A stretch of DNA of 64,000 bases, from contig CAWHXD010000019.1 of assembly GCA_963833225.1 (NCBI GenBank), positions 416,001-480,000 of the forward strand. Direction: 5' to 3'. The first letter of the stretch is position 1, and each line of letters opens with the position of its first letter. Shown in pieces: positions 10,600 through 20,435 of this stretch. Position numbers and translations under genes: made by a program. This DNA is from an uncultured Chloroflexia bacterium (lineage in GTDB: Bacteria > Chloroflexota > Limnocylindria > Limnocylindrales > CSP1-4). The notes below the pieces were generated by a model. That model was given only the letters and a program-made list of their open reading frames with translations, had not been told where the DNA came from and did not search any database.

Positions 10600-10610
10600 G
10601 CCGGCGCCGA

Positions 10611-11072
10611 TCAGGCGGGTGCCGACCCGCGCTTCTCGACGACGTACAGGTGGACGAGGACGAGCACCACCTCGCCGGCCTGGTTGGTCACGGTCACCGT
10701 CTCCTCGACCATGCCCAGCGCCTCGGGTCGCCGGCGGTGGTCGGCCAGGCCCGTGATCTCGGCTCGCACCGTGATCGTGTCACCGATGAACACGGGCCGC
10801 ACGAACCGGACCCGATCGTAGCCGTAGCTCATCGCCCGGGGGTTGATGTCGCCCGCCGTCATGCCCACGGCCATCGACATCACGAGCGTGCCATGTGCCA
10901 TCCGGCGCTCGAAGGCCTGCGTGGCGCACCACTCGGCGTCCATGTGGTGGGGGAAGAAGTCGCCGGTCTGCCCGGCGTGCAGGACGATGTCGGCCTCGGT
11001 CACGGTCCGGCCCGTGGTCGTCCGGCTGGTGCCGGTGACGTAGTCCTCGAAGAACGCCTCAACCGTGTTCAT
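10611..11072 (-). CDS. MaoC-family (hotdog-fold) acyl-CoA dehydratase
   Basis: FFEDY..G....[48 protein letters not shown]. Confidence 0.9.
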   Translation of the reverse strand: MNTVEAFFEDYVTGTSRTTTGRTVTEADIVLHAGQTGDFFPHHMDAEWCATQAFERRMAHGTLVMSMAVGMTAGDINPRAMSYGYDRVRFVRPVFIGDTITVRAEITGLADHRRRPEALGMVEETVTVTNQAGEVVLVLVHLYVVEKRGSAPA

Positions 11073-12217
11073 GTCGCGGTCTCCTCCTCCCGTGCCCGGG
11101 CGACCACCCGGTCGGCCGCCTCCAGGCAGGCCGCGTCGGTCAGCTCACCGCGCAGGGCCCGGTTGACCAGCCCGCCCACCTCGTCCTGGACCTGCAGCCA
11201 GCCATCGAACCGGGGCCGCACCCAGGCGCCGTCCAGCGTCCGCCGCGTGCCGCGGAAGAACCCCAGGCTGTCGGCGTCGACCGCCTCGTCGTCCCAGGCG
11301 TCGATGTTGGCCGGCTGGCCGCCGCTGGCGTAGTAGACGCCGCGCTGGACCTCGCCGCTCGCGAGCCAGAAGGCATGGTCGACGGCAATCTCCGGCTGCG
11401 GCGAGAAGGCCGACACCGCGATCCCGGCGCCACCCAGGCAGGAGCCGGCGACGCCCCGGGGACCGGCGGGCATGTCCACGTAGGCGAGGCGGTGGGCACG
11501 GAACCCGGCACGGCTGTAGTTCGTATAGCCGAAGGCGAGCGGCGCGTAGCACCAGCGATCATCAGTGGCGAGGCGTTCCGCAGCCTGGATCGGGTTCTCG
11601 TCGAGGCATGCCGGATCGACCAGCTCCGCGAGGTGGTGCAGGTCCTCGAGGATGCCCTCGCCGTCCCCGCGGGCGATGAACCCGTCCCCGGCGATCGCGG
11701 CGCCGCGGTTTGCCGCGAGCGTCAGGAAGCTCGAGATGGCGTCCACCGGCTTGGCCGGCCAGACGACCCTGCCCGTGCGTGCGAGCTCGAGCACCTCGTC
11801 CCACGTCTTCGGCGGCACGGGCAGCAGATCGGGGCGATGGATGGCCACCTGGGCCGCGGCATCGATCGCGAGGCCGTACTGGTGACCGGCGTGCGCATAG
11901 GTCGCGTGTGACGGGCCGACGGCCTGCGTCGCGAGGGCCGCAAGCTCCACGTCACGACCGCACGTGTCGAGCGCGGCGAGGAGCCCGGCTGTCGCCGCGT
12001 GCGGGATGTGCGGATGGTCGATCACCATCAGGTCGTACGTCCGGGCGAGGGTCTCGAGCGGCTGGTCGGCGAACCCCTGGAGCGATCGGGCCTCCCACTC
12101 CACCCGCACGCCGGGGTGGAGCGAGCTGTAGGCCTCCGCCGCCCCCCGCACGCTGTCCAGGCCGCGCGGATGGTCCCACGTCATGCCTCGGAGAACCGCC
12201 GGCAGCGGATCGCTCAT
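11069..12217 (-). CDS. Type-2 periplasmic-binding-fold protein lacking a signal peptide
   Basis: [55 protein letters not shown]. No hydrophobic N-terminus. ATGA overlaps on both sides. Confidence 0.8.
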   Translation of the reverse strand: MSDPLPAVLRGMTWDHPRGLDSVRGAAEAYSSLHPGVRVEWEARSLQGFADQPLETLARTYDLMVIDHPHIPHAATAGLLAALDTCGRDVELAALATQAVGPSHATYAHAGHQYGLAIDAAAQVAIHRPDLLPVPPKTWDEVLELARTGRVVWPAKPVDAISSFLTLAANRGAAIAGDGFIARGDGEGILEDLHHLAELVDPACLDENPIQAAERLATDDRWCYAPLAFGYTNYSRAGFRAHRLAYVDMPAGPRGVAGSCLGGAGIAVSAFSPQPEIAVDHAFWLASGEVQRGVYYASGGQPANIDAWDDEAVDADSLGFFRGTRRTLDGAWVRPRFDGWLQVQDEVGGLVNRALRGELTDAACLEAADRVVARAREEETAT

Positions 12218-13464
12218 GCGCCCGCCGCGTCGTCGATGGGACGGAGGTCCAGCTCCGCGTCGATGGACGCCGTGTGCTCGCCCAGCCGCGGGGCGCCCCG
12301 GTCGCCGCCCAGCGTGCCGTGGTCGATCCGCAGCGGGCTCCGGGTCGTGTGCAGGGTCACCTCGCCGTCGCCCGTAGCCGAGGGCCGTCGCACCACCCGG
12401 TCCATCGCCAGGGCATGGAACCCCTCGTGGCCGACGAGATCGGGCAGCGTGAGCACGGGAGCGCACCACACGTCCGCCGGCTCCAGGATGTCGAGCCAGT
12501 CGCGGGTCGGGCGCGTGGACAGGTGGGCCGCCAGCAGGTCCTCGATCCGCTCCCGCTCCGTCCACCACGTCTCGGGGTCGCCGAATGCCGACAGGGCATC
12601 GAGCCCGATGAGCTCGCCGAGCCGCGGCACCGAGTTCATCGCGAGCGCGAGGTACCCGTCCGCGGTGGGGTAGACGCCGTACGGGGCGGCGAGGAAGGCG
12701 TTGGCCCCGTGCGGTCCACCGCGGTCAACGAGCACCGACGGATCGTTCAGGTGGGCGCTGAGGAGCTCGAACTGGAGGTCGAGCATTCCCTCCATCAGGC
12801 TGGTCTCCACCAGGCCACCCTTGCCGGTGCGCTCACGGCGCAGGAGCAGCGCCGTGATGCCCTGCGCCAGGTGGACCGAGGCGAGCAGGTCCGCGATCGA
12901 CAGCCCGACCGGCACCGGCCCGTGGTCCCGGCTCCCGCTGAGCCACGGCAGGCCCGACATCGACTGCGCGAGCAGGTCCTGGCCGGGCAGGTCGCGCCAC
13001 GGCCCATCGGGCCCGTAGCCGCTCACGCTCCCGTAGACCAGGCGCGGGTTGAGCGCCCGCGCGGATTCGAAGTCCAGCCCGATGCGCTCCATGACCCCCG
13101 GCCGGAAGTTCTGGATGAGCACGTCGGCGCGGGCCACGAGCCGGCGGATGGCCGCCAGGTCGGACGCGTTCTTGAGGTCGGCGGCGTAGCTCTCCTTGCC
13201 GCGGTTCATGATCTGGAACGAGAGGGTGTCGCCGTCGAGGAACTTGCCGGCGAAGGCGAGCGTGCGCCCGATGTCGCCGACCCCGGGACGCTCGATCTTG
13301 ATCACCCGGGCCCCGAGATCGGACAGCCGCATCGCGGCGACGGGCCCGGCGAGGAACTGGCTGAAGTCGAGGACCAGGATGCCGTCCAACGGCGGGATCG
13401 GCACCTTCCGGGCTCCCTCGCGTGCGGCACCCATCCGTGCTCCTCCCTCGTCGGCTCGGTTCAT
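12214..13464 (-). CDS. CaiB/BaiF (family III) CoA transferase
   Basis: PLDGILVLDFSQFLAGP, LGARVIKIERPG, NRGKES, ADVLIQNFRPGVMERIGLD, GQDLLAQ, APRLGEHT. Confidence 0.92.
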   Translation of the reverse strand: MNRADEGGARMGAAREGARKVPIPPLDGILVLDFSQFLAGPVAAMRLSDLGARVIKIERPGVGDIGRTLAFAGKFLDGDTLSFQIMNRGKESYAADLKNASDLAAIRRLVARADVLIQNFRPGVMERIGLDFESARALNPRLVYGSVSGYGPDGPWRDLPGQDLLAQSMSGLPWLSGSRDHGPVPVGLSIADLLASVHLAQGITALLLRRERTGKGGLVETSLMEGMLDLQFELLSAHLNDPSVLVDRGGPHGANAFLAAPYGVYPTADGYLALAMNSVPRLGELIGLDALSAFGDPETWWTERERIEDLLAAHLSTRPTRDWLDILEPADVWCAPVLTLPDLVGHEGFHALAMDRVVRRPSATGDGEVTLHTTRSPLRIDHGTLGGDRGAPRLGEHTASIDAELDLRPIDDAAGA

Positions 13465-13474
13465 CACGTCCTCG

Positions 13475-14689
13475 TCAGCTCGCCGATGCCCGCTCGGCGA
13501 CCGTGACCAGCGGCTGGCAGGCCGGCCCGATGGGCTCGAAGCTCTTGTAGCCGAGGACGAACTCCTGGTGGCCCATCTGCTCGCTCGCGGTCTGGCGGCC
13601 ATCGGCCACGTCACGGACCAGCTGCACGATCTCGGCACCGACCTCCGCCAGGGTTCCCCGGCCCTCGATCACGCGCCCGGCGTTGACGTCCATGTCGTCG
13701 GCCATCCGGGCGTACGTCTCGGGGTTGGCGCAGACCTTGACGATCGGCGAGATCGCGGACCCCACGACCGAGCCGCGGCCGGTCGTGAACAGGATCATGT
13801 GGGCGCCACAGGCCATGAGCTCGGCCGCCTCGGCGTTGTCGTTGATGTTGGGGAAGCCCCACCGCACCTCGCCGTCCGGGATCACGTCGAGCAGGTAGAG
13901 GCCTGGGTGGGCCGGGATGTCGCCGGGCTTGATGATCCCGCTGATGGCTGCCCGGCCGCTCTTGGCATAGGCGCCCAGGGACTTCTCCTCGATGGTCGTG
14001 AGCCCGCCCTCGGCGTTGCCGGCGGCGAAGCTCCCGTGCCCGAGCACGTTGTAGTAGGCCTCCGCCTTGTGCACGGCGCCCACGAGGGCCTGGCCCAGGT
14101 CCGGGGTGATCGCGCGCTCCGCCATCCGGTACTCGCAGCCGATGAGCTCGCCGGTCTCCTCGAAGATCGCGACCGCGCCGGCCGCCACCAGCTGGTCGAA
14201 CGCGAGGCCGACCGCCGGGTTGGCCGTGATGCCGCTGGTGCTGTCGGAGCCCCCGCAGATGGTGCCGATGACCAGGTCGGAGAGGTCCATCGGCACCCGC
14301 GGGACGCTGGCGATCTCGTTGATGGCCTGCCGGACCCAGGCCCGTCCGGCCTCGATCGTGGCTCGCGTGCCACCCGCGTGCTGGACGACCAGCGTGTGCA
14401 CCGGGCGGCCGCTCGCCGCGACGGTCCGCGCGAGCTCGGCCCGGTCGAACCCCTCGCAGCCCAGCGAGACGATCAGCACCGCACCGACGTTGGGATGGGT
14501 CGCGAGCCGGTGGAGCATCAGCGCCCCGTAGTCGTTGGGATAGCAGCCGCCGAACCCGATCACGTGGACGTCGTCCTCGAGCCCGCTCGCGATGCGGGTG
14601 GCGACGTGGTGGGAGCACTCGACCGTGTAGATCACCGCGACGACGTTGCGGATGCCCTTGCGGCCGTCGGACCGGAGGAACCCCTGCAT
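13475..14689 (-). CDS. UxaA/GarD/SuyB-family dehydratase, large subunit
   Basis: GFLRSDGRKGIRN, HPNVGAVLIVSLGCE, CGGSDSTSGITANP, GNAEGGLTTIEEKSLG, FTTGRG, DMDVNAG. Confidence 0.92.
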   Translation of the reverse strand: MQGFLRSDGRKGIRNVVAVIYTVECSHHVATRIASGLEDDVHVIGFGGCYPNDYGALMLHRLATHPNVGAVLIVSLGCEGFDRAELARTVAASGRPVHTLVVQHAGGTRATIEAGRAWVRQAINEIASVPRVPMDLSDLVIGTICGGSDSTSGITANPAVGLAFDQLVAAGAVAIFEETGELIGCEYRMAERAITPDLGQALVGAVHKAEAYYNVLGHGSFAAGNAEGGLTTIEEKSLGAYAKSGRAAISGIIKPGDIPAHPGLYLLDVIPDGEVRWGFPNINDNAEAAELMACGAHMILFTTGRGSVVGSAISPIVKVCANPETYARMADDMDVNAGRVIEGRGTLAEVGAEIVQLVRDVADGRQTASEQMGHQEFVLGYKSFEPIGPACQPLVTVAERASAS

Positions 14690-14693
14690 GCGG

Positions 14694-14999
14694 TCAGGCC
14701 TCCCCTCGCGCGTGCGTGCGCATGTAGATGCTGGTGAGGTTGTGGGTGTGGATCAGCTCGCCGCGGGTGACCGGCTGCGTCGTCCGTCCGATGGGCATCC
14801 CGTACCGGATCGCGTCGGTTCCCTGGGCGAGGTCCAGGGCAGCGACCTTGAACCCCAGTGGCAGCGGGACCTGCGTCTCGACGCTGACCCCGTCGACCAT
14901 CATCCGCTCGCCGGCGGCGATGGCGGCGATCACGATCAGCACGTTGTCCCCGTCCGCGAGCCGGAGCAGCCGGGGATCGGATCCGCCCGCGTCGCTCAC
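14694..14999 (-). CDS. SAF-domain small subunit of split UxaA/SuyA-type dehydratase
   Basis: DNVLI, GFKVA..DLAQG..AIRYGMPIG......RGELIHTHNL. Confidence 0.88.
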   Translation of the reverse strand: MSDAGGSDPRLLRLADGDNVLIVIAAIAAGERMMVDGVSVETQVPLPLGFKVAALDLAQGTDAIRYGMPIGRTTQPVTRGELIHTHNLTSIYMRTHARGEA

Positions 15000-15685
15000 A
15001 GGACGTGCCACCGTTCCCAGACCTCGCGCAGGCTCGCACCCCCGAGGAGCTCCCCGAGGACCGACCGCTCGGCGGTTGCCCGGGCGGTGGCTCGCGCCAG
15101 GACCTCGGCCTCGACGGCGGCCGGCACCACGACCACGCCGTCATCGTCGGCAAGCACGAGGTCGCCGGGCGCGACGAGCACACCGCCGCAGCGGACGGGT
15201 TCGCCGGTCGAGACCACGCGCATCCGCCCCCGGAAGTCGACCGGCCGTGAGCCGGGCGCGAAGACGTCAAACCCGACGGACCGGATCTTGGCCACGTCGC
15301 GGACCGGGCCGTCGCAGACCGCGCCAGCAGCCCCGTGGCCCTTGGCGGCCGCCGAGAACAGCTCGCCCCAGTAGGCCGTCCGCAGATCACCCCCGGTGGC
15401 GATCACGGCGAGCGAGCCGTTGTCGAGCCCGTCGATGAAGTCCATCACGGCATCGTACGGGTTGTCGGGGTTCGTCTCAGTCGGGGCGAACTGGACCGTC
15501 CGGGCGCGCCCAACGGCTCGAGCGCCCGTCACCAGGGGCGCGATGGCCGGGATCATGACCTGCGCCCGGACCCCGAGCGTGTCGAGCGAATCGGACACGA
15601 TCGCCGACGTGAGCGCGGCCGCAAGCTGGGTGGGCAGATCCTCGAAGCGAGCCGCACGACCCTGGACATTCGTTTGCTCAGCCAT
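14996..15685 (-). CDS. RraA/HMG-aldolase family protein
   Basis: SAIVSDSLD, GRARTV, AYWGEL, GAVCDGPVRD, VAPGDLVLADDDGVVVVP. Confidence 0.9.
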   Translation of the reverse strand: MAEQTNVQGRAARFEDLPTQLAAALTSAIVSDSLDTLGVRAQVMIPAIAPLVTGARAVGRARTVQFAPTETNPDNPYDAVMDFIDGLDNGSLAVIATGGDLRTAYWGELFSAAAKGHGAAGAVCDGPVRDVAKIRSVGFDVFAPGSRPVDFRGRMRVVSTGEPVRCGGVLVAPGDLVLADDDGVVVVPAAVEAEVLARATARATAERSVLGELLGGASLREVWERWHVL

Positions 15686-15775
15686 GCGGGGCAGTATAGC
15701 CACCCCGCTTCCGAGCGTACAGGGGGCAACTTCCGGCTGAAATGTATCGTTCGATATAGGAGCGTCGAGGGTGCT

Positions 15776-15821
15776 GTTTATCGTTACCAGATTGACATTT
15801 GCGGCCGCGAATGGTTACCCT
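15776..15821 (+). promoter_or_regulatory. LacI-type operator abutting a sigma70 promoter of the ABC operon
   Basis: GTTTATCGTTACCA (15776-15789), then TTGACA(15792)-18 bp-TACCCT(15816). Confidence 0.6.
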
Positions 15822-15895
15822 GCCTTCGTTCCGGCGCTGTCCGTTCAGGTCGGTCGCCGGCGGTGGCAGGGACCACACCTTTGGAGGAGCTATCT

Positions 15896-17290
15896 ATGCG
15901 CTCACTGTCCAGGCATTCCGGCCTGGCCCGTCTGGTCGCCGGCGGCACCGTCGCGGTGCTCCTGGTGTCCGCATGCTCGGGCTCGTCGAGCACACCGGCG
16001 CCCGCATCGCAGGCGCCCGGCGCGTCCACGGCTCCCGCGACCCAGGCGCCCGCCGATGACAACGCCACTGACTCGGGCGGCCCCATCATGGTCTGGGTGG
16101 ACGCCCCGCGCGTCCCCGCCGCCGAGGCGTTCCAGAAGGCCTACCCGGACATCCAGATCGAGATCAACGCGATCCCGGGCAACGTCGGCAGCACCGACCT
16201 GCAGCAGAAGTTCGCCCTGTTCAACCAGGCCGGCAGCGGCTGGCCGGACGCGATCTTCTTCCCGTCCAACGACGACATCGCCTGGGCGACCAGCGCCAAG
16301 ATCAACTACGCCCGCGACCTGAGCGGCCTGCTCGGGGACTACCTCACGGGCTACACCGAAGCCAACAACGCCCCGTGCAACATCGACGGCCAGGTCCGCT
16401 GCGCCCGCAACGACTCGGCACCCGACGTGTTCTGGTACAACAAGACGCTGTTCGACGAGTGGGGCTACACCCCGCCGACGACGTGGGAGGCGTACCAGGA
16501 CCTCGGCATCAAGATCGCCACCGAGCATCCGGGCTACATCAGCGGCTTCCTCGGTGACGCCTACGCGCCGGACCGCTACCTGTGGGCCAGCGGCTGCCCG
16601 ACCAACGACCGCCTGTCCGAGACCAAGGTCCACATCAACACCAGCGATCCGATGTGCACGCGGGTCGTGGACCTCGTCGACAAGATGGTCGCGGCCGGGG
16701 CCCTCAGCGCCGTCGGCATCTTCGACCCCAACGCCGCCGAGATCGGCCCCAAGCTCGCCATGAGCCCGGGCGCCGTGTGGTGGGGCAACTACCTGTTCCG
16801 CGACACCTGGAAGATCCCGGCCGGCCAGATGACCGCCACCAACCCGATCAACTGGACCGGCGAGACCCCCGGCTTCACCGGTGACGAGGGGGGCGGCCTG
16901 TGGGGCGTCTCCAGCCACATCAAGGGCAAGCAGCTCGATAACACGCTGACCTTCATCAAGTTCGTCACCAGCGACCCGCGCTGGCAGGTCGATCTCTCGA
17001 CCGGCCTTCCCGCCTACACGGCTCCCCAGCAGGCGTGGCTCGACAAGGGCGCGAAGGACGGCTACTTCGCCGACTACCCGACGACTGCGGCGGCCATGGT
17101 CGAAGCCGGCAACCGCGTTCGCGGCAACCACTACTACATGCTCTACAACACCGGCGGCATCTGGAGCAAGACCGTGACGCCGGTCCTCACCGCGGGCCAG
17201 GACCTCAGCGCGGCCTGGGATGCCTTCGGCACCCAGCTCGTCAACGAGGCCAAGACCTTCGGGTACGAGGTCGTCGACACCGGGAACTGA
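15896..17290 (+). CDS. Carbohydrate ABC transporter substrate-binding lipoprotein
   Basis: GGAGGAG RBS; lipobox LLVSAC followed by Ser/Pro/Ala linker; FWYNKTLFDEWGY.PPTTWE; GGGLWGVS. Confidence 0.9.
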   Translation: MRSLSRHSGLARLVAGGTVAVLLVSACSGSSSTPAPASQAPGASTAPATQAPADDNATDSGGPIMVWVDAPRVPAAEAFQKAYPDIQIEINAIPGNVGSTDLQQKFALFNQAGSGWPDAIFFPSNDDIAWATSAKINYARDLSGLLGDYLTGYTEANNAPCNIDGQVRCARNDSAPDVFWYNKTLFDEWGYTPPTTWEAYQDLGIKIATEHPGYISGFLGDAYAPDRYLWASGCPTNDRLSETKVHINTSDPMCTRVVDLVDKMVAAGALSAVGIFDPNAAEIGPKLAMSPGAVWWGNYLFRDTWKIPAGQMTATNPINWTGETPGFTGDEGGGLWGVSSHIKGKQLDNTLTFIKFVTSDPRWQVDLSTGLPAYTAPQQAWLDKGAKDGYFADYPTTAAAMVEAGNRVRGNHYYMLYNTGGIWSKTVTPVLTAGQDLSAAWDAFGTQLVNEAKTFGYEVVDTGN

Positions 17291-17302
17291 TCCCTGCGCA
17301 GG

Positions 17303-17366
17303 CAGCCTCCCGGCCCCCGGGAGGCTGACTAGACTGATGGGGAAGGGCCTGTGTCCTTCCCCATCA
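17303..17366 (+). terminator. Two tandem stem-loops after the SBP gene (attenuator or mRNA stabiliser)
   Basis: CAGCCTCCCGG-CCC-CCGGGAGGCTG and TGATGGGGAAGG...CCTTCCCCATCA. Confidence 0.6.
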
Positions 17367-17426
17367 CGAGTTCCAGCGCCAATCGCCCCATCCTCGTCAC
17401 AGCCCGTGAGGTGACCGCAGGCCCGC

Positions 17427-18359
17427 ATGAGCAGTTCGTCCCCGGTCGGAGTGGCGGCCGCCCGTCGTCGATCCGGAATGCCTCGCCTGTCCCTGCCCGG
17501 CGCCGAGTCGCGTGGCGCCGCCATCCTGGTGCTCCCGTTCGTGGTGCTGCTGACGGTCGCGGGCATCGTCCCGACCGTCTACGCGCTGCTCAAGAGCCTC
17601 GGCGACAGCAACGGCGAAGGCATTGGGTTCAGCAGCTTCGCGAAGATCATCGGGGACTTCCGGTTCGTCGACACCTTCCTCAACATCGGGATCACGCTGA
17701 TCGTCTGGCTGCCCCTGATGATGGTCGGTGTCGTGGCCCTCGCCCTGCTCGTGCACGCCAGCCCGGGCCGCTTCGGCTCCGTGATGCGGTTCGTGTACTA
17801 CGTGCCGGGCGCGCTTGCCGGGATCGCGAACTTCATGCTCTGGCTGTTCATCCTGAATCCGGGCCAGAGCCCCGTCGACTTCCTGTGGAACGGGTTCGGG
17901 TACACGACCCTCAACCAGGTCGCCCAGCCCACCTACCTGCCAGTCATCCTGGCGGCGATGCTGTTCTTCCAGGGCGCCGGCACGTGGCTGGTGATCGTCA
18001 ACGGCGGCCTCAACGGGATCCCCGACGAGGTCATCGAGGCGGCCGTCGTGGACGGGGCCGGATCGTGGGCGATGACATGGCACATCATGCTGCCGATCAT
18101 CCGGCCGTGGATCGGCTACATGCTCCTGCTCAACGTCGCGTACGGGTTCCAGCTGTTCATCGAGCCGCAGGTGCTGAGCCAGGTCACGCATGGGCAGATC
18201 TCGCCCCAATGGAGCCCGAACCAGCTCAGCTACACCTACGCGTACCAGATCCTCGACACGGGCGCGGCTGCCGCGATGTCGGTGATCCTGCTCGCCATCT
18301 CCCTCGGACTCGGCCTGGTGATCGTCTTCCGCACCGGCCTGTTCTCCGATGATCACTGA
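17427..18359 (+). CDS. Carbohydrate ABC transporter permease
   Basis: Multiple TM helices; EAA loop GIPDEVIEAAVVDGAG...WHIMLPIIRP. Confidence 0.93.
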   Translation: MSSSSPVGVAAARRRSGMPRLSLPGAESRGAAILVLPFVVLLTVAGIVPTVYALLKSLGDSNGEGIGFSSFAKIIGDFRFVDTFLNIGITLIVWLPLMMVGVVALALLVHASPGRFGSVMRFVYYVPGALAGIANFMLWLFILNPGQSPVDFLWNGFGYTTLNQVAQPTYLPVILAAMLFFQGAGTWLVIVNGGLNGIPDEVIEAAVVDGAGSWAMTWHIMLPIIRPWIGYMLLLNVAYGFQLFIEPQVLSQVTHGQISPQWSPNQLSYTYAYQILDTGAAAAMSVILLAISLGLGLVIVFRTGLFSDDH

Positions 18360-18370
18360 GGAGGCGGAGC

Positions 18371-19297
18371 GTGAGCAGTAGAACGTCCGACACCCATCGC
18401 CGCCACGCTGGCGCCCACTGGACCCTCAGCCGGGCCGGCCGCGTCGGCGCGCTGGCGGTCGCGGCCCTGATCTTCGGCATCCCGATCCTGACCTTCGTGC
18501 TGATGGGCTTCCGCCAGCAGGACCCCGTCGGCCAGGTGCCCGGCGGCATCTTCTCGCTGGGCGGGCTGTCCCTCGAGAACGCCGCCAACAGCCTGCGCGT
18601 CGTGATGGACTTCAACCACGGCATCTTCGCCAAGTGGATGGCGAACTCGCTGATCGTGGGCATCGGCGGCACCGCCCTGGCCGTGCTCACCGCCATGCCG
18701 GCCGGCTATGCCCTGGCCATGCTCCGGTTCCGAGGCCGGCGCCAGCTGCGCTTCATCACCCTGCTGACCATGGTGATGCCCAACACCGTGCTCGTGATCC
18801 CGTTGTTCCTCGAGGTCAGCGCCGTCGGCGCCATCGGCCAGCTGTGGCCCGTCATCGTGATCATGGGCTTCTACCCGTTCGGCGTGTACCTCGCCTACAT
18901 CCACTACCTCACGACGCTGCCACGCGAGCTGGTGGAGGCCGCCCGGCTCGATGGCCTCAACGAGGTCATGGTTTTCCTGCGGATCGCGGTGCCCATCTCG
19001 AAGCAGGCCGTCGCCCTGGTGATCTTCTTCAGCTTCGTGGCCAACTGGACCAACTACTTCCTGCCCCTGGTGCTGCTGCCGCTGTCGGAGCAGGGGACGG
19101 TCTCGCTCGGCCTGCAGCAGCTGGTCGGGTCGAGTCCGCTGTTCGACCCGACGATGTCCGCGGGCCTGAGCGTCAAGCTCTACATGCCGCAGCTGGCTCT
19201 CGCCACGACCATTACCATCGTGCCCGTCCTGGCCGTGTTCATCATGGCCCAGCGGTTCCTGTCGCGGGGAGCCGTCGTCGGGGCCGTCAAGGGCTGA
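18371..19297 (+). CDS. Carbohydrate ABC transporter permease
   Basis: NSLIV, AGYALA.LRFRGR, LPRELVEAARLDG, C-terminal GAVKG. Confidence 0.93.
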   Translation: MSSRTSDTHRRHAGAHWTLSRAGRVGALAVAALIFGIPILTFVLMGFRQQDPVGQVPGGIFSLGGLSLENAANSLRVVMDFNHGIFAKWMANSLIVGIGGTALAVLTAMPAGYALAMLRFRGRRQLRFITLLTMVMPNTVLVIPLFLEVSAVGAIGQLWPVIVIMGFYPFGVYLAYIHYLTTLPRELVEAARLDGLNEVMVFLRIAVPISKQAVALVIFFSFVANWTNYFLPLVLLPLSEQGTVSLGLQQLVGSSPLFDPTMSAGLSVKLYMPQLALATTITIVPVLAVFIMAQRFLSRGAVVGAVKG

Positions 19298-19328
19298 GCG
19301 CGTCGCACCGGGGAGCCACCGTCGCCAG

Positions 19329-20429
19329 ATGACAACGACGCCGCGCCGACCTGCCTCGAGGATGAGGCCACGGATCACGCTGGCCGACGTGGCCCGCAGG
19401 GCCGGCGTGTCCGTCTCGGTCGTCTCGCGGGAGCTCAACGGGGATCCGGCGCTGCGGGCCCGCAGCGAGACGCGACGGCGGATCCACGGGGCCGCCAAGG
19501 CGCTGGGCTACACCCCCAGCCATGCGGCGCGCGCCCTCCGCCTGTCAAAGGCGTTCGCGATCGCGCTCGTCGTTCCGGACCTCACGAACCCCGTCTACAG
19601 CCAGCTGATCCGGGGGATCGAGGATGCCGCGGACGAGCTTGGCTACCAGGTGCTCATGGGCCGCACCGAGCGGATCGAGCCCGGCACGGACTTCATCCGG
19701 CGGCTGGTAGGTGAGGGCCGCGTCGACGGCTTCCTCGTCCAGCGCCGCGACGAGACCGACCCCCAGGAGTTCGCGCACCTGATCGACGGCACGGCGCCCG
19801 TGGTGCTGATCAACTCCCGCGGCTCGCGGCGCGGCTCGGTGGTGCTCGACGATGCCGCCGGGGCGCGAAGGGCGACCCAGCACCTGCTGGACCTTGGTCA
19901 CCGGGATATCGCCCTGATCGGTGGGGACATCCACAGCCACACCGGGCGAGCACGCGAGCGGGGCTACGTCCAGGCGATCAACGCTGCGCGCATGCGCCGC
20001 CGGTCGGCCTGGGTGCTGCACTCCGGCTATACGCCCGAAGCCGGCCGCCTCGCCATCCGTGAGCTGTGCGTGACCAATGGCCGGCGGCCGACCGGCGTCG
20101 TGGTGTCCAACGTGAACGCCGCCATGGGTGTCCTGCTCGGGGCGCGGGAGGTCGGGCTCAAGGTCCCGGAGCAGCTGTCGGTCGTGGCGATCCACGATTC
20201 CTGGTTCACCGAGTACGCGTCGCCGTCGCTGACCACCGTCCGGATGCCGATGTACGAGATGGGGCGCGAGGCGGTCACGCTGCTCCACCTTCGCCTCGAG
20301 GGCGAACGACCGGTCGACGTGATGATCGAGGCCCCGGCGCCCGAGCTCGTCCACCGCCAGTCCACGGCACCGCCCCCGAAGCGGCTGGCCCGGGCGCGCG
20401 AGCCCATCCCCGGACCCGAGCGTGGCTGA
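19329..20429 (+). CDS. LacI-family transcriptional regulator
   Basis: ITLADVARRAGVSVSVVSR, LGYTPSHAARAL, PDLTNPVY, VPEQLSVV, PSLTTVR. Confidence 0.95.
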   Translation: MTTTPRRPASRMRPRITLADVARRAGVSVSVVSRELNGDPALRARSETRRRIHGAAKALGYTPSHAARALRLSKAFAIALVVPDLTNPVYSQLIRGIEDAADELGYQVLMGRTERIEPGTDFIRRLVGEGRVDGFLVQRRDETDPQEFAHLIDGTAPVVLINSRGSRRGSVVLDDAAGARRATQHLLDLGHRDIALIGGDIHSHTGRARERGYVQAINAARMRRRSAWVLHSGYTPEAGRLAIRELCVTNGRRPTGVVVSNVNAAMGVLLGAREVGLKVPEQLSVVAIHDSWFTEYASPSLTTVRMPMYEMGREAVTLLHLRLEGERPVDVMIEAPAPELVHRQSTAPPPKRLARAREPIPGPERG

Positions 20430-20435
20430 CCGCGC

